NCBI GenBank assembly: GCA_947444055.1
Contig: CANEYR010000005.1
Coordinates: 20,697 to 84,696 of the forward strand
Reading direction: 5' to 3'
Length of the DNA stretch: 64,000 nt
DNA from: Planctomycetota bacterium
GTDB taxonomy: Bacteria > Planctomycetota > UBA1135 > UBA2386
A program made the translations under genes and the position numbers. The notes beneath the pieces were generated by a model. It did not search any database, was not told the origin of the DNA, and saw only the letters and a program-made list of their open reading frames with translations. Below, one piece after another: positions 7,896-18,191 of the stretch (its first letter is position 1; each line of letters opens with the position of its first letter).

Positions 7896-10124
7896 ATGCG
7901 TTTGCCCAACCCACTGCTGTTCTCCTCGCTCGCCGCGTTCCTGAGTTTCTTGCCCGCGGCCTACGCCCAGGGCGTCGAGCGACTCACCTACGAGCAGACC
8001 AAGAAGACGATCTTGTGGCAGGGGCCGGTGCCTAAGGCGGTCTGGGCGGTTGATGGTCGGCACCTGGAGATCGACGACACCAAGCCGGTGTGGTTCGATC
8101 CGGCGACGGGTCAAACGAAGGCGAAGCCAATCGACGAGGGCCCGGCGGCCGCCGCCCCAGCGCCGGCGATGCGCAAGGTCGTCGTGGTGCGCGATGGCGA
8201 TTTGTGGCTCGACGAACAACCGGTCGGCGGCGGTCGTGGCGGCGCGCGTCGGCGTGCACCGACGGCAGGGCCGGCGGCGGCGCCTGTGCGTGGCGTGCAA
8301 CTGACCACGGATGGCGCCGCCGCTGGTCGGAAGGAAGAAGCGCACCTGAGTCCAAACGGCAGTGCGGCGTCCTTTGTGCGCGGCAACAACTTGTTCGTCG
8401 TCGATGTCGCAAGCAAGGCGGTGTGGCCCGTCACCAAAGACGGCGGCCCAGAGCTGTTCCATGGCCTGCACGACTGGGTCTATCAAGAGGAGCTGTACGG
8501 CCGCGGCGACTTCCAGGCGCACTGGTGGAATGCGAACGGCTCGATGTGCGCGTTCCTCTCGCTTGACGAGTCGGCAGTGCGCGAGTTCACCATCGTCAAC
8601 CACGTGCCGGAGGGCTTCCTCGACCGCGAACGCAGCGTCGTCAGCGAAGTCACCAACTACCCAAAAGCCGGCGATCCGAATCCGTTCGCGCGCTTGTCGA
8701 TCGCGCATCGCGATGGCCAGAAGATCGTCGCCGTCGACTTGTCGACCTTCCCGAAGGATGCGCTGGTCGTGCGCGTCGAATGGACGCAGGATGGCAAGAC
8801 GCTGCTCGCCACCATCCAGGATCGCATCCAGACGTGGGCCGAGTTGTGTGCCATCGAGCCGACGACGGGGGCGCTGACGAAGTGGATTCGCGAAGAGTCG
8901 CCGACGTGGGTCAATCGTCCCGAGTCGCCGCGGTGGCTCGAAGACGGCACGTTCTTGTGGCTGTCCGAGCGCACCGGCTACGCCCACGCCTACCACTACG
9001 AGAAGGGCGGCAAGCTGCTGGCGGCGATCACCAGTGGCGAATGGCAGGTGCGCCGTATCGACCGCGTCGACGAGGTGAAGCAGCAACTGTGGTTTGAGGG
9101 CACGAAGGACGGTGCTACGGGTCGGCATCTCTATCGCATCGGGTTCGACGGCAAGGACCTGGTGTCGTTGACGCCCGGCGTCGGCACCCACGAGTACGAA
9201 CTGTCGCGCGATGCTGCGTTCGTGCTCGATCGCTGGTCGGCGATGGACCAGCCGACGAAGGTGCGCGTGCTCGATGGCAACAGCGGTGCCGTGGTGCGCG
9301 AAGTCGGCCAGGCGACGAAGGGCGAGGGCGCTAAGACCTACGCGTTCTCGGAACGGCAGCGGCTCTCGATCAAGGCGCGCGATGGCTACGAACTCGATGC
9401 CTGCGTGCAGTTGCCGAGCGGCTGGCAGGAAGGGCAGCGTTACCCCGTGTTCTTGCCGACTTACTCAGGTCCTGATGCGCCGACGGTGCGCGATAGCTGG
9501 AGCCACTCGACTTACCACCAGTTCTTGACGCAGCAGGGCTTCGTCATTCTGCAAGTGAACGTGCGCTCGGCCAGCGGCCGCGGCCAGGTGCACACCGGCA
9601 CCTGCTACAAGCAACTCGGCACCCAGGAGCTGAAGGATCTGGAAGACGCCGTCGACCACGTCGTCGCCAAGTTTGGTGGCGATGCCGCGCGCGTGGCGAT
9701 CAGTGGCTGGAGCTACGGCGGGTTCATGTCGGCATACGCGCTGACGCACAGCAACAAGTTCGCCCTCGGTCTCGCCGGTGCCGGTGTGCACGACTGGCGG
9801 CTCTACGACACCATCTACACCGAGCGCTACATGCAGACGCCGCAGCAGAATCCGACTGGCTACGACGGCACCTCGGTGGTCAAGGCGGCCAAGAACCTGC
9901 GCGGCCACTTGGTGCTGATCCACGGCAGCATGGACGACAATGTGCACTTGCAGAACACCATGCAGCTGCTGTGGGAACTGCAGTCAGCGGGCAAGCAGAA
10001 CGTCGAGCTGATGGTCTACCCGCGCTCGCGGCACGGGCTGCACCCAGCGGTCAATGGCCACAGCCACGAGCTGCAGTGGCTGCGGCTGAAGAAGTTGTTG
10101 GAGCCGGTGAACAAGGCTGGCTGA
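7896..10124 (+). CDS. S9B dipeptidyl peptidase IV family protein, secreted
   Basis: Signal peptide; DWVYQEE, GWSYGG nucleophile, 'HGSMDDNVH' and 'YPRSRH' catalytic motifs. Confidence 0.95.
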   Translation: MRLPNPLLFSSLAAFLSFLPAAYAQGVERLTYEQTKKTILWQGPVPKAVWAVDGRHLEIDDTKPVWFDPATGQTKAKPIDEGPAAAAPAPAMRKVVVVRDGDLWLDEQPVGGGRGGARRRAPTAGPAAAPVRGVQLTTDGAAAGRKEEAHLSPNGSAASFVRGNNLFVVDVASKAVWPVTKDGGPELFHGLHDWVYQEELYGRGDFQAHWWNANGSMCAFLSLDESAVREFTIVNHVPEGFLDRERSVVSEVTNYPKAGDPNPFARLSIAHRDGQKIVAVDLSTFPKDALVVRVEWTQDGKTLLATIQDRIQTWAELCAIEPTTGALTKWIREESPTWVNRPESPRWLEDGTFLWLSERTGYAHAYHYEKGGKLLAAITSGEWQVRRIDRVDEVKQQLWFEGTKDGATGRHLYRIGFDGKDLVSLTPGVGTHEYELSRDAAFVLDRWSAMDQPTKVRVLDGNSGAVVREVGQATKGEGAKTYAFSERQRLSIKARDGYELDACVQLPSGWQEGQRYPVFLPTYSGPDAPTVRDSWSHSTYHQFLTQQGFVILQVNVRSASGRGQVHTGTCYKQLGTQELKDLEDAVDHVVAKFGGDAARVAISGWSYGGFMSAYALTHSNKFALGLAGAGVHDWRLYDTIYTERYMQTPQQNPTGYDGTSVVKAAKNLRGHLVLIHGSMDDNVHLQNTMQLLWELQSAGKQNVELMVYPRSRHGLHPAVNGHSHELQWLRLKKLLEPVNKAG

Positions 10125-10226
10125 TCGTCGATGCCATGGCGCCCTGGCGGCGGCCGTGACTTCTTGAGCGAGAGTGTCTCCCACGTTGTGGCGGCGGGAC
10201 TTGTTCGGTAACTTGCTTGCCCCCGA

Positions 10227-10715
10227 ATGTTCGTCCCGACTGAGCTCATGGCGGCCACTGTGCCCGCGGCCAACCAACCCTACGGCAGCTGGGTCAGCGT
10301 CGCCGTCGTCGGCTTGTTGGCCTTCGCGGTGGTCGGCGGGGCGCTGCTCGTGGTGCGCATCATCACGCGCGTGTTCGATCGCATTCACGACAGCCAGAAG
10401 CGCTTGTCGACCTACGAATGTGGGGAAGAGCCGGTCGGGTCGGCGTGGTTTCGTTTCAACAACCGCTTCACCACGGTCGCCTTGGCGTTCTTGGTGTTCG
10501 ACGTCGAGCTCGCCTTGTTGTGGCCCGTGTTGCCGCGCTGCCTGCATTGGCTTGGCCAAGGCCAGGGCACCTTGGTGTTCTTCGAGGTCAGCGCCTTCGT
10601 CGGCACCTTGGCGCTCGGCCTGTTCTGGGTCGCGGCGAAGGGCGGCTTTGCTTGGGACCGAACGGTGGAACCGATCGAGGGCGAGGCCGAAATGGCCCCG
10701 CGCGAACCGTCATGA
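10227..10715 (+). CDS. nuoA: NADH-quinone oxidoreductase subunit A
   Basis: YECGEEP and FLVFDVE motifs, 3 TM; true start may be ATG 10248. Confidence 0.92.
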   Translation: MFVPTELMAATVPAANQPYGSWVSVAVVGLLAFAVVGGALLVVRIITRVFDRIHDSQKRLSTYECGEEPVGSAWFRFNNRFTTVALAFLVFDVELALLWPVLPRCLHWLGQGQGTLVFFEVSAFVGTLALGLFWVAAKGGFAWDRTVEPIEGEAEMAPREPS

Positions 10716-11302
10716 ACGACCACACGCAGGAACGTCCGGGCAACCGCCTCGACGAGCAGGTGCACTTCGCCGCCGTCGACGAGTTTTTGGCCTGGGGCAA
10801 GGAGAACTCGCTGTTCTACCTGCTGTTCGCGACGGCCTGCTGCGGCATCGAACTGATGCAGGCAGGAGGGCCGCGCTACGACGTCGATCGCCTCGGCATG
10901 ATCCCGCGCGCGACGCCGCGCCAAGCCGACCTGATGATCGTCGCCGGCACCATCACCCACAAAATGGCGGGCCGGGTGCGCACGCTGTGGGAGCAGATGA
11001 CGGAACCGCGCTGGGTCGTCAGCATGGGATCGTGCGCCAACAGCGGTGGCCCGTTCAGCAAGTGGAGCTACTCGGTGTTGAACGGCGTCGACAAGTACGT
11101 GCCGGTCGACGTCTACATCCCCGGTTGCCCACCGCGCCCCGAAGCCTTGATCGATGGCGTGATGGCGTTGCGCGAGCGCGTTCGCAAGTACCGGACTCTG
11201 GGTGTGCGGGAGACAACGCCGCACATCGTCGCGGGTCACGAGGCGCCATTCGGCGGCGGCGGTTGTGCTGTGCCGCCGGTCGTGGAGAAGGCGAAGGAAT
11301 GA
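10712..11302 (+). CDS. nuoB: NADH-quinone oxidoreductase subunit B
   Basis: TACCGIE, PRQAD, MGSCA, PGCPP (N2 cluster ligands); ATGA overlap with nuoA stop. Confidence 0.95.
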   Translation: MNDHTQERPGNRLDEQVHFAAVDEFLAWGKENSLFYLLFATACCGIELMQAGGPRYDVDRLGMIPRATPRQADLMIVAGTITHKMAGRVRTLWEQMTEPRWVVSMGSCANSGGPFSKWSYSVLNGVDKYVPVDVYIPGCPPRPEALIDGVMALRERVRKYRTLGVRETTPHIVAGHEAPFGGGGCAVPPVVEKAKE

Positions 11303-11907
11303 GCGCGCTCGCTCCGGCGGGGATTGCGGCGAAGGTCACGACGGCGTTCGCTGACGTGCAAGCCAAGACAACCGACAACGGGCAGCCGTTCTTGTTGGTG
11401 CCGGCGGCGGCGTTGCCGGCAGTCGCTCGCTTCGTGCGCGATGACGCGACGCTGCGCTTCGATGCGGTGATGGACCTGACCGGCTACGACGCCTTGAAGT
11501 ATCCGAGCACGCCGAGTAGCGATGCGATCGTGGTCGTCTACCTGCTGTTCAGCTACCAGCATCGCCACAAGCTGACTTTGAAGGTGCTGGCACCACGCAG
11601 TGAGTGTGCGGTGCCGACGATGAGTGGCATTTGGCCGGCGGCTATCTACTTCGAACGCGAAGTGTGGGACCTGCTCGGTGTGCACTTTTCCGGCCATCCG
11701 TCGCTGCGGCGCATCATGTGCCCCGAAGACTGGGTCGGGCACGCGCTGCGCAAGGACTACCGCTATCCGGACGACTACCACGGCGTGCTGCATCTGCGCG
11801 ATGGGCAGCACTTCGAGAGTTCGCCGCCGCGCGGTGCCGTGCCGGTAGCCGTGCCGCCAGTGGCCGCTCCACCCGGAGCCGTGCCCCCCGCTGGAGGTGC
11901 GGCATGA
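11299..11907 (+). CDS. nuoC: NADH-quinone oxidoreductase subunit C
   Basis: 'EREVWDLLGVHFSGHPSLRRI' and 'GHALRKDY'; ATGA overlap with nuoB stop. Confidence 0.93.
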   Translation: MSALAPAGIAAKVTTAFADVQAKTTDNGQPFLLVPAAALPAVARFVRDDATLRFDAVMDLTGYDALKYPSTPSSDAIVVVYLLFSYQHRHKLTLKVLAPRSECAVPTMSGIWPAAIYFEREVWDLLGVHFSGHPSLRRIMCPEDWVGHALRKDYRYPDDYHGVLHLRDGQHFESSPPRGAVPVAVPPVAAPPGAVPPAGGAA

Positions 11908-13091
11908 CGATCGAAGCGATGACGCCCAACGGCGAGCGCATGACGCTCAACATGGGGCCGCACCATCCAGCGACCCATGGTGTCTTGCGCATCGTCGTCG
12001 AGAGCGATGGCGAGGTCGTCGCCACCTGCACGCCCGACCACGGCTACCTGCATCGTTCCATCGAGAAGATCGGCGAGTGCATCGATTGGCCGCTGTTCGT
12101 GCCCTACACCGATCGCGTCGACTACGTCTGCGCGATGAACGCCAACCTCGCCTACTGCCTCGCCGTCGAGCAGTTGTTGGCGACGGACGCGGCGAGTGCC
12201 GTGAAGGTGCCGCTGCGCGGCGAGTGCATCCGGGTCTTGGTCGCCGAACTCAACCGCATCAGCAGCCACCTGGTCGCGGTCGGCGCGATGGCGATGGACG
12301 TCGGCGCTTACACGCCGTTCTTGCACGCGATCGCGCAACGCGAACTGGTCAACGACATCTTCGAGAAGCTGTGCGGCCAGCGGCTGACCTACAACTACGT
12401 CACCATCGGCGGCGTCGCCTTCGACCTGTATGCGCAGGCGAGCGAGGAAATCACGCGCTTCCTCGACCAGTTCGAACGCGAGATGGTGCGCTTCAACAAG
12501 CTGATCACCACCAGCACGATCTTTCGCGATCGCTGCGCGTCGGTGGCTCCCGTCAGTGCCGCCGAAGCGATCGCGTGGGGCTTGGTCGGGCCGAACCTGC
12601 GCGGCAGTGGCGTCGATTGGGATCTGCGGCGCGACGAGAGCTACGGCCTCTATGGCCAGCTCGCCGTGCGCGTGCCTGTGGGCCAGTGTTTTGCCGGCCG
12701 CCATGGCAAGGTCGGCGATTGCTTTGACCGCTACGTGGTCCGCTTGCTCGAGATCCAAGAGTCCGTGCGCTTGTGCCGCGAGACCCTGAAGCTGCTGCCG
12801 CCACCGGCGGTGAAGGCCAACGATCCGACCGGTGGCTACCAAGCGGACGTCAGCCGGCAGCTGAAGAAACCGCCGAAGGGCGAAGTGCATTGCCGCACCG
12901 AAGCGCCGCGCGGTGAGATGGGCTACTTCCTCGTCAGCGATGGCACCAAGGTGCCGTACCGAGTGCGCTGCCGCACCGGTTCGTTCTCAGCAGCAGGCAT
13001 CTTCCACAAGGTGATGCGCGGCATCTTCCTGGCCGACGTCGTCACCGTGATCGGCAGCTTCGACATTGTGGTGCCGGAGATCGATCGATGA
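11904..13091 (+). CDS. nuoD: NADH-quinone oxidoreductase subunit D
   Basis: NMGPHHPATHGVLR, GYLHRSIEK, RVDY, EAPRGE, C-terminal EIDR; no NiFe CxxC motifs. Confidence 0.95.
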   Translation: MTIEAMTPNGERMTLNMGPHHPATHGVLRIVVESDGEVVATCTPDHGYLHRSIEKIGECIDWPLFVPYTDRVDYVCAMNANLAYCLAVEQLLATDAASAVKVPLRGECIRVLVAELNRISSHLVAVGAMAMDVGAYTPFLHAIAQRELVNDIFEKLCGQRLTYNYVTIGGVAFDLYAQASEEITRFLDQFEREMVRFNKLITTSTIFRDRCASVAPVSAAEAIAWGLVGPNLRGSGVDWDLRRDESYGLYGQLAVRVPVGQCFAGRHGKVGDCFDRYVVRLLEIQESVRLCRETLKLLPPPAVKANDPTGGYQADVSRQLKKPPKGEVHCRTEAPRGEMGYFLVSDGTKVPYRVRCRTGSFSAAGIFHKVMRGIFLADVVTVIGSFDIVVPEIDR

Positions 13092-14494
13092 ACGGGCTCG
13101 GCTACGGCGTCGATGGTCTCTCGCACTGGTTCGTGGGCATCGGCATGCCGGCCTGGCTCGCCGTCACGATGGCGGTGCTGTTGCTGTGGATTGCACCGAT
13201 GCTCGTGGTGGTGTTCCCGATCGCCGCCCTCGGGCAGATCTTCGAACGCAAAATCGCCGCGGCCATACAGCGACGCGTTGGCCCCAACACCGTCGGCCTC
13301 GATGGCCCCCTGCGGTTCGCCTTTCGCGCGATCCTGTGTTTCCTGCCGCGCGCGCGCCAGGACCGCGTGTTCGCTGCGTTCTGCAAACTGCCCGTCGTGC
13401 GCACGATCTTGAAGGTCTCGCAGCGGCTGGGTCTTGGCCAATTGGTCGCCGACGGCGTCAAGATGCTCGGCAAGGAAGACATCGTGCCAAGCGGTGCCGA
13501 TGGGTTGGTGTTCCGCATGGCGCCGTACTTGGCCTTGGTCGGCGCCTTCGTGCCGTTCTGCGTCGTGCCGTTCACGCAGCACATGGTGATGCTGGAGACT
13601 TCCGTTGGCGCGCTGTTCGCGATCGCGGTGTCCGGCATCGTCGTCGTCGCGCTGAAGATGGCTGGCTGGGGCTCTGGCAACAAATGGTCGCTGCTCGGTG
13701 GCATGCGCGCCGTCGCCCAGCTCGTCAGCTACGAAGTGCCAGTTGGTCTCGCGGTCGCGGGCGTCGTGCTGTGGTGCGGGTCGATGGACTTGCACGTGAT
13801 CGTTGGACAGCAGTACCAGCCGGGCGTGTTCTCGATGGTCGGCTGGAACCTGCTGCAGAGTCCGTTCCTGTTGCTGCTCGCCGTGGTCTTCTTCATCGCC
13901 GGGCTCGCCGAGTGCCAGCGGTCGCCGTTCGACATGGCGGAGGCGGAGAGCGAACTGGTGTCGGGCTTCAACACCGAGTACTCGGGGCTGCGGTGGGGCA
14001 TGTTCGCGATGGCGGAGTACACCGAGATGCTGCTGATCGGGGCGCTGTTCGCGACGCTGTTTCTCGGCGGCTACCAGAGTCCGTTGTGCGAAGAGTGGAT
14101 CGTCGGCCTGCCGGTGCTGCTGGAGACCTTCGTGCATCTCGCGCTGTTCGTCGGCAAGGTCGCGGTGACGTTCCTCGTGATGATGTGGATTCGTTGGACG
14201 CTGCCGCGCTTTCGCGTCGACCAGGTGATGCGGTTGTCGTGGCTCAAGCTGGTGCCGATCTGCCTGGTCTGCCTGCTCGGGCTCGCAGTGACGATGGTGA
14301 GTTCTGGCGGCACGGTGCTCGGGGCGCCGTTTGGCCGCTTGCCAGCCAGTCCGCATGCGGACCTTGGTCTGATCGGTCGTCTGGTTGCTTGGGCGATTCC
14401 GGTGGCGGTCGTGTTGGGCCTGGTGCGCGCTTCCCGCAAGAAGCACGGCCAACTGCATCCAGCTCTGCGGCAACTAACAGGAGGCGGCTCGTGA
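13088..14494 (+). CDS. nuoH: NADH-quinone oxidoreductase subunit H (with insertion and C-terminal extension)
   Basis: ERKI..IQRRVGPN, ADGVK, SYEVP, RSPFDMAEAESELVSGFNTEYSG, LPRFRVDQ. Confidence 0.95.
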   Translation: MNGLGYGVDGLSHWFVGIGMPAWLAVTMAVLLLWIAPMLVVVFPIAALGQIFERKIAAAIQRRVGPNTVGLDGPLRFAFRAILCFLPRARQDRVFAAFCKLPVVRTILKVSQRLGLGQLVADGVKMLGKEDIVPSGADGLVFRMAPYLALVGAFVPFCVVPFTQHMVMLETSVGALFAIAVSGIVVVALKMAGWGSGNKWSLLGGMRAVAQLVSYEVPVGLAVAGVVLWCGSMDLHVIVGQQYQPGVFSMVGWNLLQSPFLLLLAVVFFIAGLAECQRSPFDMAEAESELVSGFNTEYSGLRWGMFAMAEYTEMLLIGALFATLFLGGYQSPLCEEWIVGLPVLLETFVHLALFVGKVAVTFLVMMWIRWTLPRFRVDQVMRLSWLKLVPICLVCLLGLAVTMVSSGGTVLGAPFGRLPASPHADLGLIGRLVAWAIPVAVVLGLVRASRKKHGQLHPALRQLTGGGS

Positions 14495-15294
14495 TCCTCG
14501 CGTGGGTGAATGATGTCTACGAAGGCATTGGCTCGTTCTTGACCGGCATGCGAACCACCGGGCGCTTTCTCGTCGAGAACCTGCGCAATGAAGGTGGTGC
14601 CGCGGCCCTGACGCGTCAGTACCCGGAGCAGCCAGCCGAAGTGGTTGGCGATCGTCAGCGTGGTCACCTCGTCAACGACGCCAAGCGCTGCATCATTTGC
14701 CACGCTTGCGACGCGGTGTGCCCCGTCGACTGCTTCCGCATGGCGGGCGAACGCGATGGCGACAACAAGATTCGCGCCTCGCTGTTCGACATCGACCTTA
14801 GCAAGTGCATCTATTGTGGCCTGTGCGTGCGCGCCTGCCCGACGGACTCGCTGTCGATGACGGCGACGTTCGAACTGGACCCGCGACACCTTGGCCAGCG
14901 GTTTTTGTTCCGTCGCAATTCGTCGCAACTGCAACAGCACCTCGATGCGCCCGACATGGATCGGCTGCATCGGTTGGCAGCGGCGCCGCGCGAGCAGTTG
15001 TCCGCCGACGATCGCACGTGGCTCGAGGCCCACATCGATGCGGAAGGGCCGCACCTGATCGGCATCTACGGTCTTGGCTACTTCACGCCGGAGCAGAAGC
15101 AAGTCGCCGACGCCGAACGCGAAGCGAAGAAGAAGGCGAAGGATGCGGCGGCCGCCGCTGCCAAGGCCAAGGCCGCCAGCGCCGCCGCTGCGGCTGCTGC
15201 CGCTGCCGCTGCCGCTGCTGCTGCCGCTGCTGCCGTCCCGGCAGCGAGCCCGCTCGAACCGCAGCGAACCCCACCGGACGGAGCCAGTCCGTGA
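14491..15294 (+). CDS. nuoI: NADH-quinone oxidoreductase subunit I with long C-terminal extension
   Basis: Two CxxCxxCxxxCP motifs (CIICHACDAVCP, CIYCGLCVRACP); GTG start after ggagg, overlapping nuoH stop. Confidence 0.9.
   Translation: MILAWVNDVYEGIGSFLTGMRTTGRFLVENLRNEGGAAALTRQYPEQPAEVVGDRQRGHLVNDAKRCIICHACDAVCPVDCFRMAGERDGDNKIRASLFDIDLSKCIYCGLCVRACPTDSLSMTATFELDPRHLGQRFLFRRNSSQLQQHLDAPDMDRLHRLAAAPREQLSADDRTWLEAHIDAEGPHLIGIYGLGYFTPEQKQVADAEREAKKKAKDAAAAAAKAKAASAAAAAAAAAAAAAAAAAAVPAASPLEPQRTPPDGASP
15181..15234 (+). repeat. GCN trinucleotide tract encoding 18 consecutive Ala in NuoI tail
   Basis: gcc gcc gct gcg gct gct gcc ... gct gcc, directly visible. Confidence 0.85.
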
Positions 15295-15839
15295 TCGAAT
15301 CGCTGCTGTTCTGGCTGTGCTGTGCGATGGTTTTAGTTGGTGCACTGGGGGCAGCCCTGGTGCGCAATGTGTTCCACGCCGCCTTGCTGCTCGGGCTGTG
15401 CCTGCTCGGGGTCGCCGGTCTCTACCTGTTCCTCGAACAACCGTGGCTCGCCTGCGTGCAGGTGATCGTCTACATCGGCGGCGTGCTGGTGCTGATCCTG
15501 TTCGCCACCTTGTTCAGCGCCGATGCGATGGGCACCGAGCAGCGGCGCCGGGTCACGACGCTGGTCATCGGCAGCGGTGCGGGTGCGCTCGCCCTCGTGC
15601 TCGCTTGGCGCATGGCCACGGTTGGCATGCAGAACGGGGTCGGCTTGCAGCCAACTCGCAGTGAACCCGGCATGGTGCCGGACGCGATGGCCGGCAGCAC
15701 CAACACCGTCGGCGACCTGTTGGTTGGCGATTGGTTCGTGCCGTTCTTGGCCGCGGGTCTGTTGCTGACCGTCGCCTTGGTCGGCGCCGTCATCACGGTG
15801 CAGCGCTTTCGTGTGCGTGCGGAGGCGGAGCGTGCTTGA
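15291..15839 (+). CDS. nuoJ: NADH-quinone oxidoreductase subunit J
   Basis: 'QVIVYIGGVLVLILF' and 'PF....LLLTVALVGAV'; GTGA overlap with nuoI stop. Confidence 0.9.
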   Translation: MIESLLFWLCCAMVLVGALGAALVRNVFHAALLLGLCLLGVAGLYLFLEQPWLACVQVIVYIGGVLVLILFATLFSADAMGTEQRRRVTTLVIGSGAGALALVLAWRMATVGMQNGVGLQPTRSEPGMVPDAMAGSTNTVGDLLVGDWFVPFLAAGLLLTVALVGAVITVQRFRVRAEAERA

Positions 15840-16158
15840 GTTCTCGCCAGACCGTCTCGATGCCTACTTGGCCATCTCGACGGTGTTGTTCGCCGCGGGC
15901 GTGCTGGCCGCGACCACGCGTCGCAACGCCATCGGCTTGCTGATCGGCCTCGAGCTGTTGTTGAACGCCGCGGCGCTGCAGTTTGCGGCGTATGGCCGCT
16001 TTCGCGCCTCGGCTACCGATCCGCAGGGGCAGACGGCCGCGGTGTTCGTGATCGTCGTCGCCGCGGCGGAGGCGGCGTTGGCGTTGGCCATGTTGTTCGC
16101 GGTCTACAAGACGACGCGCGATGTCGATCTCGAAAAGACGCGGGAGCTGCGTTCGTGA
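15832..16158 (+). CDS. nuoK: NADH-quinone oxidoreductase subunit K
   Basis: RRN..LLIGLELLLNA, GQ...FVIVVAAAEAA; GTG start after ggagg. Confidence 0.92.
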   Translation: MLEFSPDRLDAYLAISTVLFAAGVLAATTRRNAIGLLIGLELLLNAAALQFAAYGRFRASATDPQGQTAAVFVIVVAAAEAALALAMLFAVYKTTRDVDLEKTRELRS

Positions 16159-18191
16159 GCACGGGTGCGTTGTCGGTCGTGGTGTGGTTGTTGCCGCTCG
16201 TCACGGCCGTCGTGGTTGGCTGCCTGCGCAGCGCCAAGCTCGCTCATTACGCCGCGGCCGCGGCGATGGCGGTGGCGGCGGTGCTGGCGGCGAGCATGGC
16301 GGTGACCGTCGTCGGCGGCGGAGTGGCCGTGCAGGGCCCGCACGCGCTGTGGCTCGACCTCGGCTCGTTCACGTTGGGCGTCGGCACCTTGATCGATCCG
16401 ATGTCGGCGGTGATGGCGACCATTGTCTGCGTGCTGGCGGCGGTGGTGCTCGTCTTCAACGCCTGGTACATGCACGACGACCCACTCGCCGCGCGTTTCC
16501 CGTGGCAGTTCTGCGGCTTCGTCGCGGCCATGCTCGGGGTCGTGCTCAGCGACAACCTGTTCCTGACCTTTTGTTGTTGGGAACTGGTCGGCCTTGGCAG
16601 CTACCTGTTGATTGGCTTTTGGTTCGACAAGCCGGCGGCGAGTGACGATCCCGACTACCAGAGCAACAAGGGCCGAGGTGCGCGCGGCGTGTTGGAACAC
16701 CAGCTCAGCCCCGCGCACGCGCAGCTGAAAGCGTTTGTGATGAACCGCGTCGGCGACGCGGGCTTCTTGCTTGGCATCGGCGCCTTGTTGGTGGCGTCGT
16801 TGTTGGCGGGGCGCAGCGGTGACGTGCTCGCCTTCTCGCAACTGGCGACGTTGGCCAGTGCCGAGCCCGTCGGCACGGCCACGTTCCTTGGTTTGTCGGC
16901 GAGCAGTCTGCTGGGGCTCGGCGCGCTCGGCATCTTCGCGGGCGCCATCGGCAAGAGTGCGCAGTTCCCTTTGCACACCTGGCTGCCCGACGCGATGCAG
17001 GGGCCAACGACCGCTTCCTCGATCATTCACGCGGCGACGATGGTGGCGGCCGGCGTGTTCTTGGTGGCGCGCTGTTACCCGCTGTTCTCCCCGGATGCGC
17101 TGCTGGTCGTCGGCTGGACGGGTGGCATCACGTGCCTGCTCGCGGCCTCGATTGCCTGCGTTCAGTGGGACCTGAAGGCCGTGCTCGCCTACTCGACCGT
17201 CAGCCAACTCGGGTTGATGTTCGTTGGGCTGGCGGCGGGCGCTGCCCACGGTGGCCGCGACGCTGGCCTGGCCCACCTGTTCACGCACGCGTTTGCGAAG
17301 TGCCTGCTGTTCTTGTGTGCCGGGGCGGTCATCCACGCCGTGCACGGTTGCCAAGATCTGCATCGCTTGGGCGGGCTGAGGAAGCGCATGCCGATCACGG
17401 CGTGGGCCAGTCTGCTGGCGGTGTTGGCCCTCGGCGGCTTCCCGCTGCTGAGCGGATTCTTCAGCAAGGACGCGGTGCTGGCGGCGTCGCTGTCGGCAGC
17501 ACTCGCCGACGGCGGTGCTGCCTATGGACCGTTCGTGTTGGCCAGTGTCGGCAGCTTGCTGACGGCGGCCTACATGCTGCGTTGGTGGCTGTCGATCTTC
17601 GCAGGGCGAGAACGCGATGCCGAGCTCGTGCACCATGCGCACGATCCGAGCCCCGCCGCGGCGATCGCGATGTGCGTGCTGCTGCCGTTCACCTTGGCGT
17701 TGCCGTGGACGATCGGCGATTGGCTGCATGTGCAGCACGGCGAGACGCACGGCCCGGCGATGGTGTTGGCGCTGTCGCTGCTGGCGATCGGCGGCGTCTT
17801 CGCAGGCTGGGTGTTCTGGTGGGCGCCATCGAAGGGCCACGACGTTGCCGGTGCTTTGGCCACAAACCTGCGGCGCTTGCACGTGGCCTGCAGTGAGCTG
17901 TGGGGCATCGACCGCTTGTGGGATCGCGTGTTCACGCGCGGCCTTGGGCAAACGCTCGCCAAGGCCACCGCCAGGCTCGACCTCGGCAGTGCCGAGCGGC
18001 TCGCTGCGCTGCAGGATGTCGCCAACGCGCCGGATGAAGTGTCACTCGATGGCTTGGTCGACGATGCCGCGCGCGGAGCTTGGCGGCTCGGGCGCGCTGG
18101 CTCGTGGTTTCACGGCGGTGGGCTCACCGTCTACGTCACCGCGGCGTTCGTGCTCGCGACCGTGGCCGCATTGGTGGGGGCGTTGCAATGA
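16155..18191 (+). CDS. nuoL: NADH-quinone oxidoreductase subunit L
   Basis: WELVGLGSYLLIGFW, GKSAQFPLHTWLPDAM.GPT, HLFTHAFAK, GFFSKD. Confidence 0.95.
   Translation: MSTGALSVVVWLLPLVTAVVVGCLRSAKLAHYAAAAAMAVAAVLAASMAVTVVGGGVAVQGPHALWLDLGSFTLGVGTLIDPMSAVMATIVCVLAAVVLVFNAWYMHDDPLAARFPWQFCGFVAAMLGVVLSDNLFLTFCCWELVGLGSYLLIGFWFDKPAASDDPDYQSNKGRGARGVLEHQLSPAHAQLKAFVMNRVGDAGFLLGIGALLVASLLAGRSGDVLAFSQLATLASAEPVGTATFLGLSASSLLGLGALGIFAGAIGKSAQFPLHTWLPDAMQGPTTASSIIHAATMVAAGVFLVARCYPLFSPDALLVVGWTGGITCLLAASIACVQWDLKAVLAYSTVSQLGLMFVGLAAGAAHGGRDAGLAHLFTHAFAKCLLFLCAGAVIHAVHGCQDLHRLGGLRKRMPITAWASLLAVLALGGFPLLSGFFSKDAVLAASLSAALADGGAAYGPFVLASVGSLLTAAYMLRWWLSIFAGRERDAELVHHAHDPSPAAAIAMCVLLPFTLALPWTIGDWLHVQHGETHGPAMVLALSLLAIGGVFAGWVFWWAPSKGHDVAGALATNLRRLHVACSELWGIDRLWDRVFTRGLGQTLAKATARLDLGSAERLAALQDVANAPDEVSLDGLVDDAARGAWRLGRAGSWFHGGGLTVYVTAAFVLATVAALVGALQ

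Noticed and set aside
11904-13091. Possible group 4 [NiFe]-hydrogenase large subunit
   Set aside because: No N- or C-terminal CxxC Ni ligands; NuoD quinone-site His/Tyr motifs are present.
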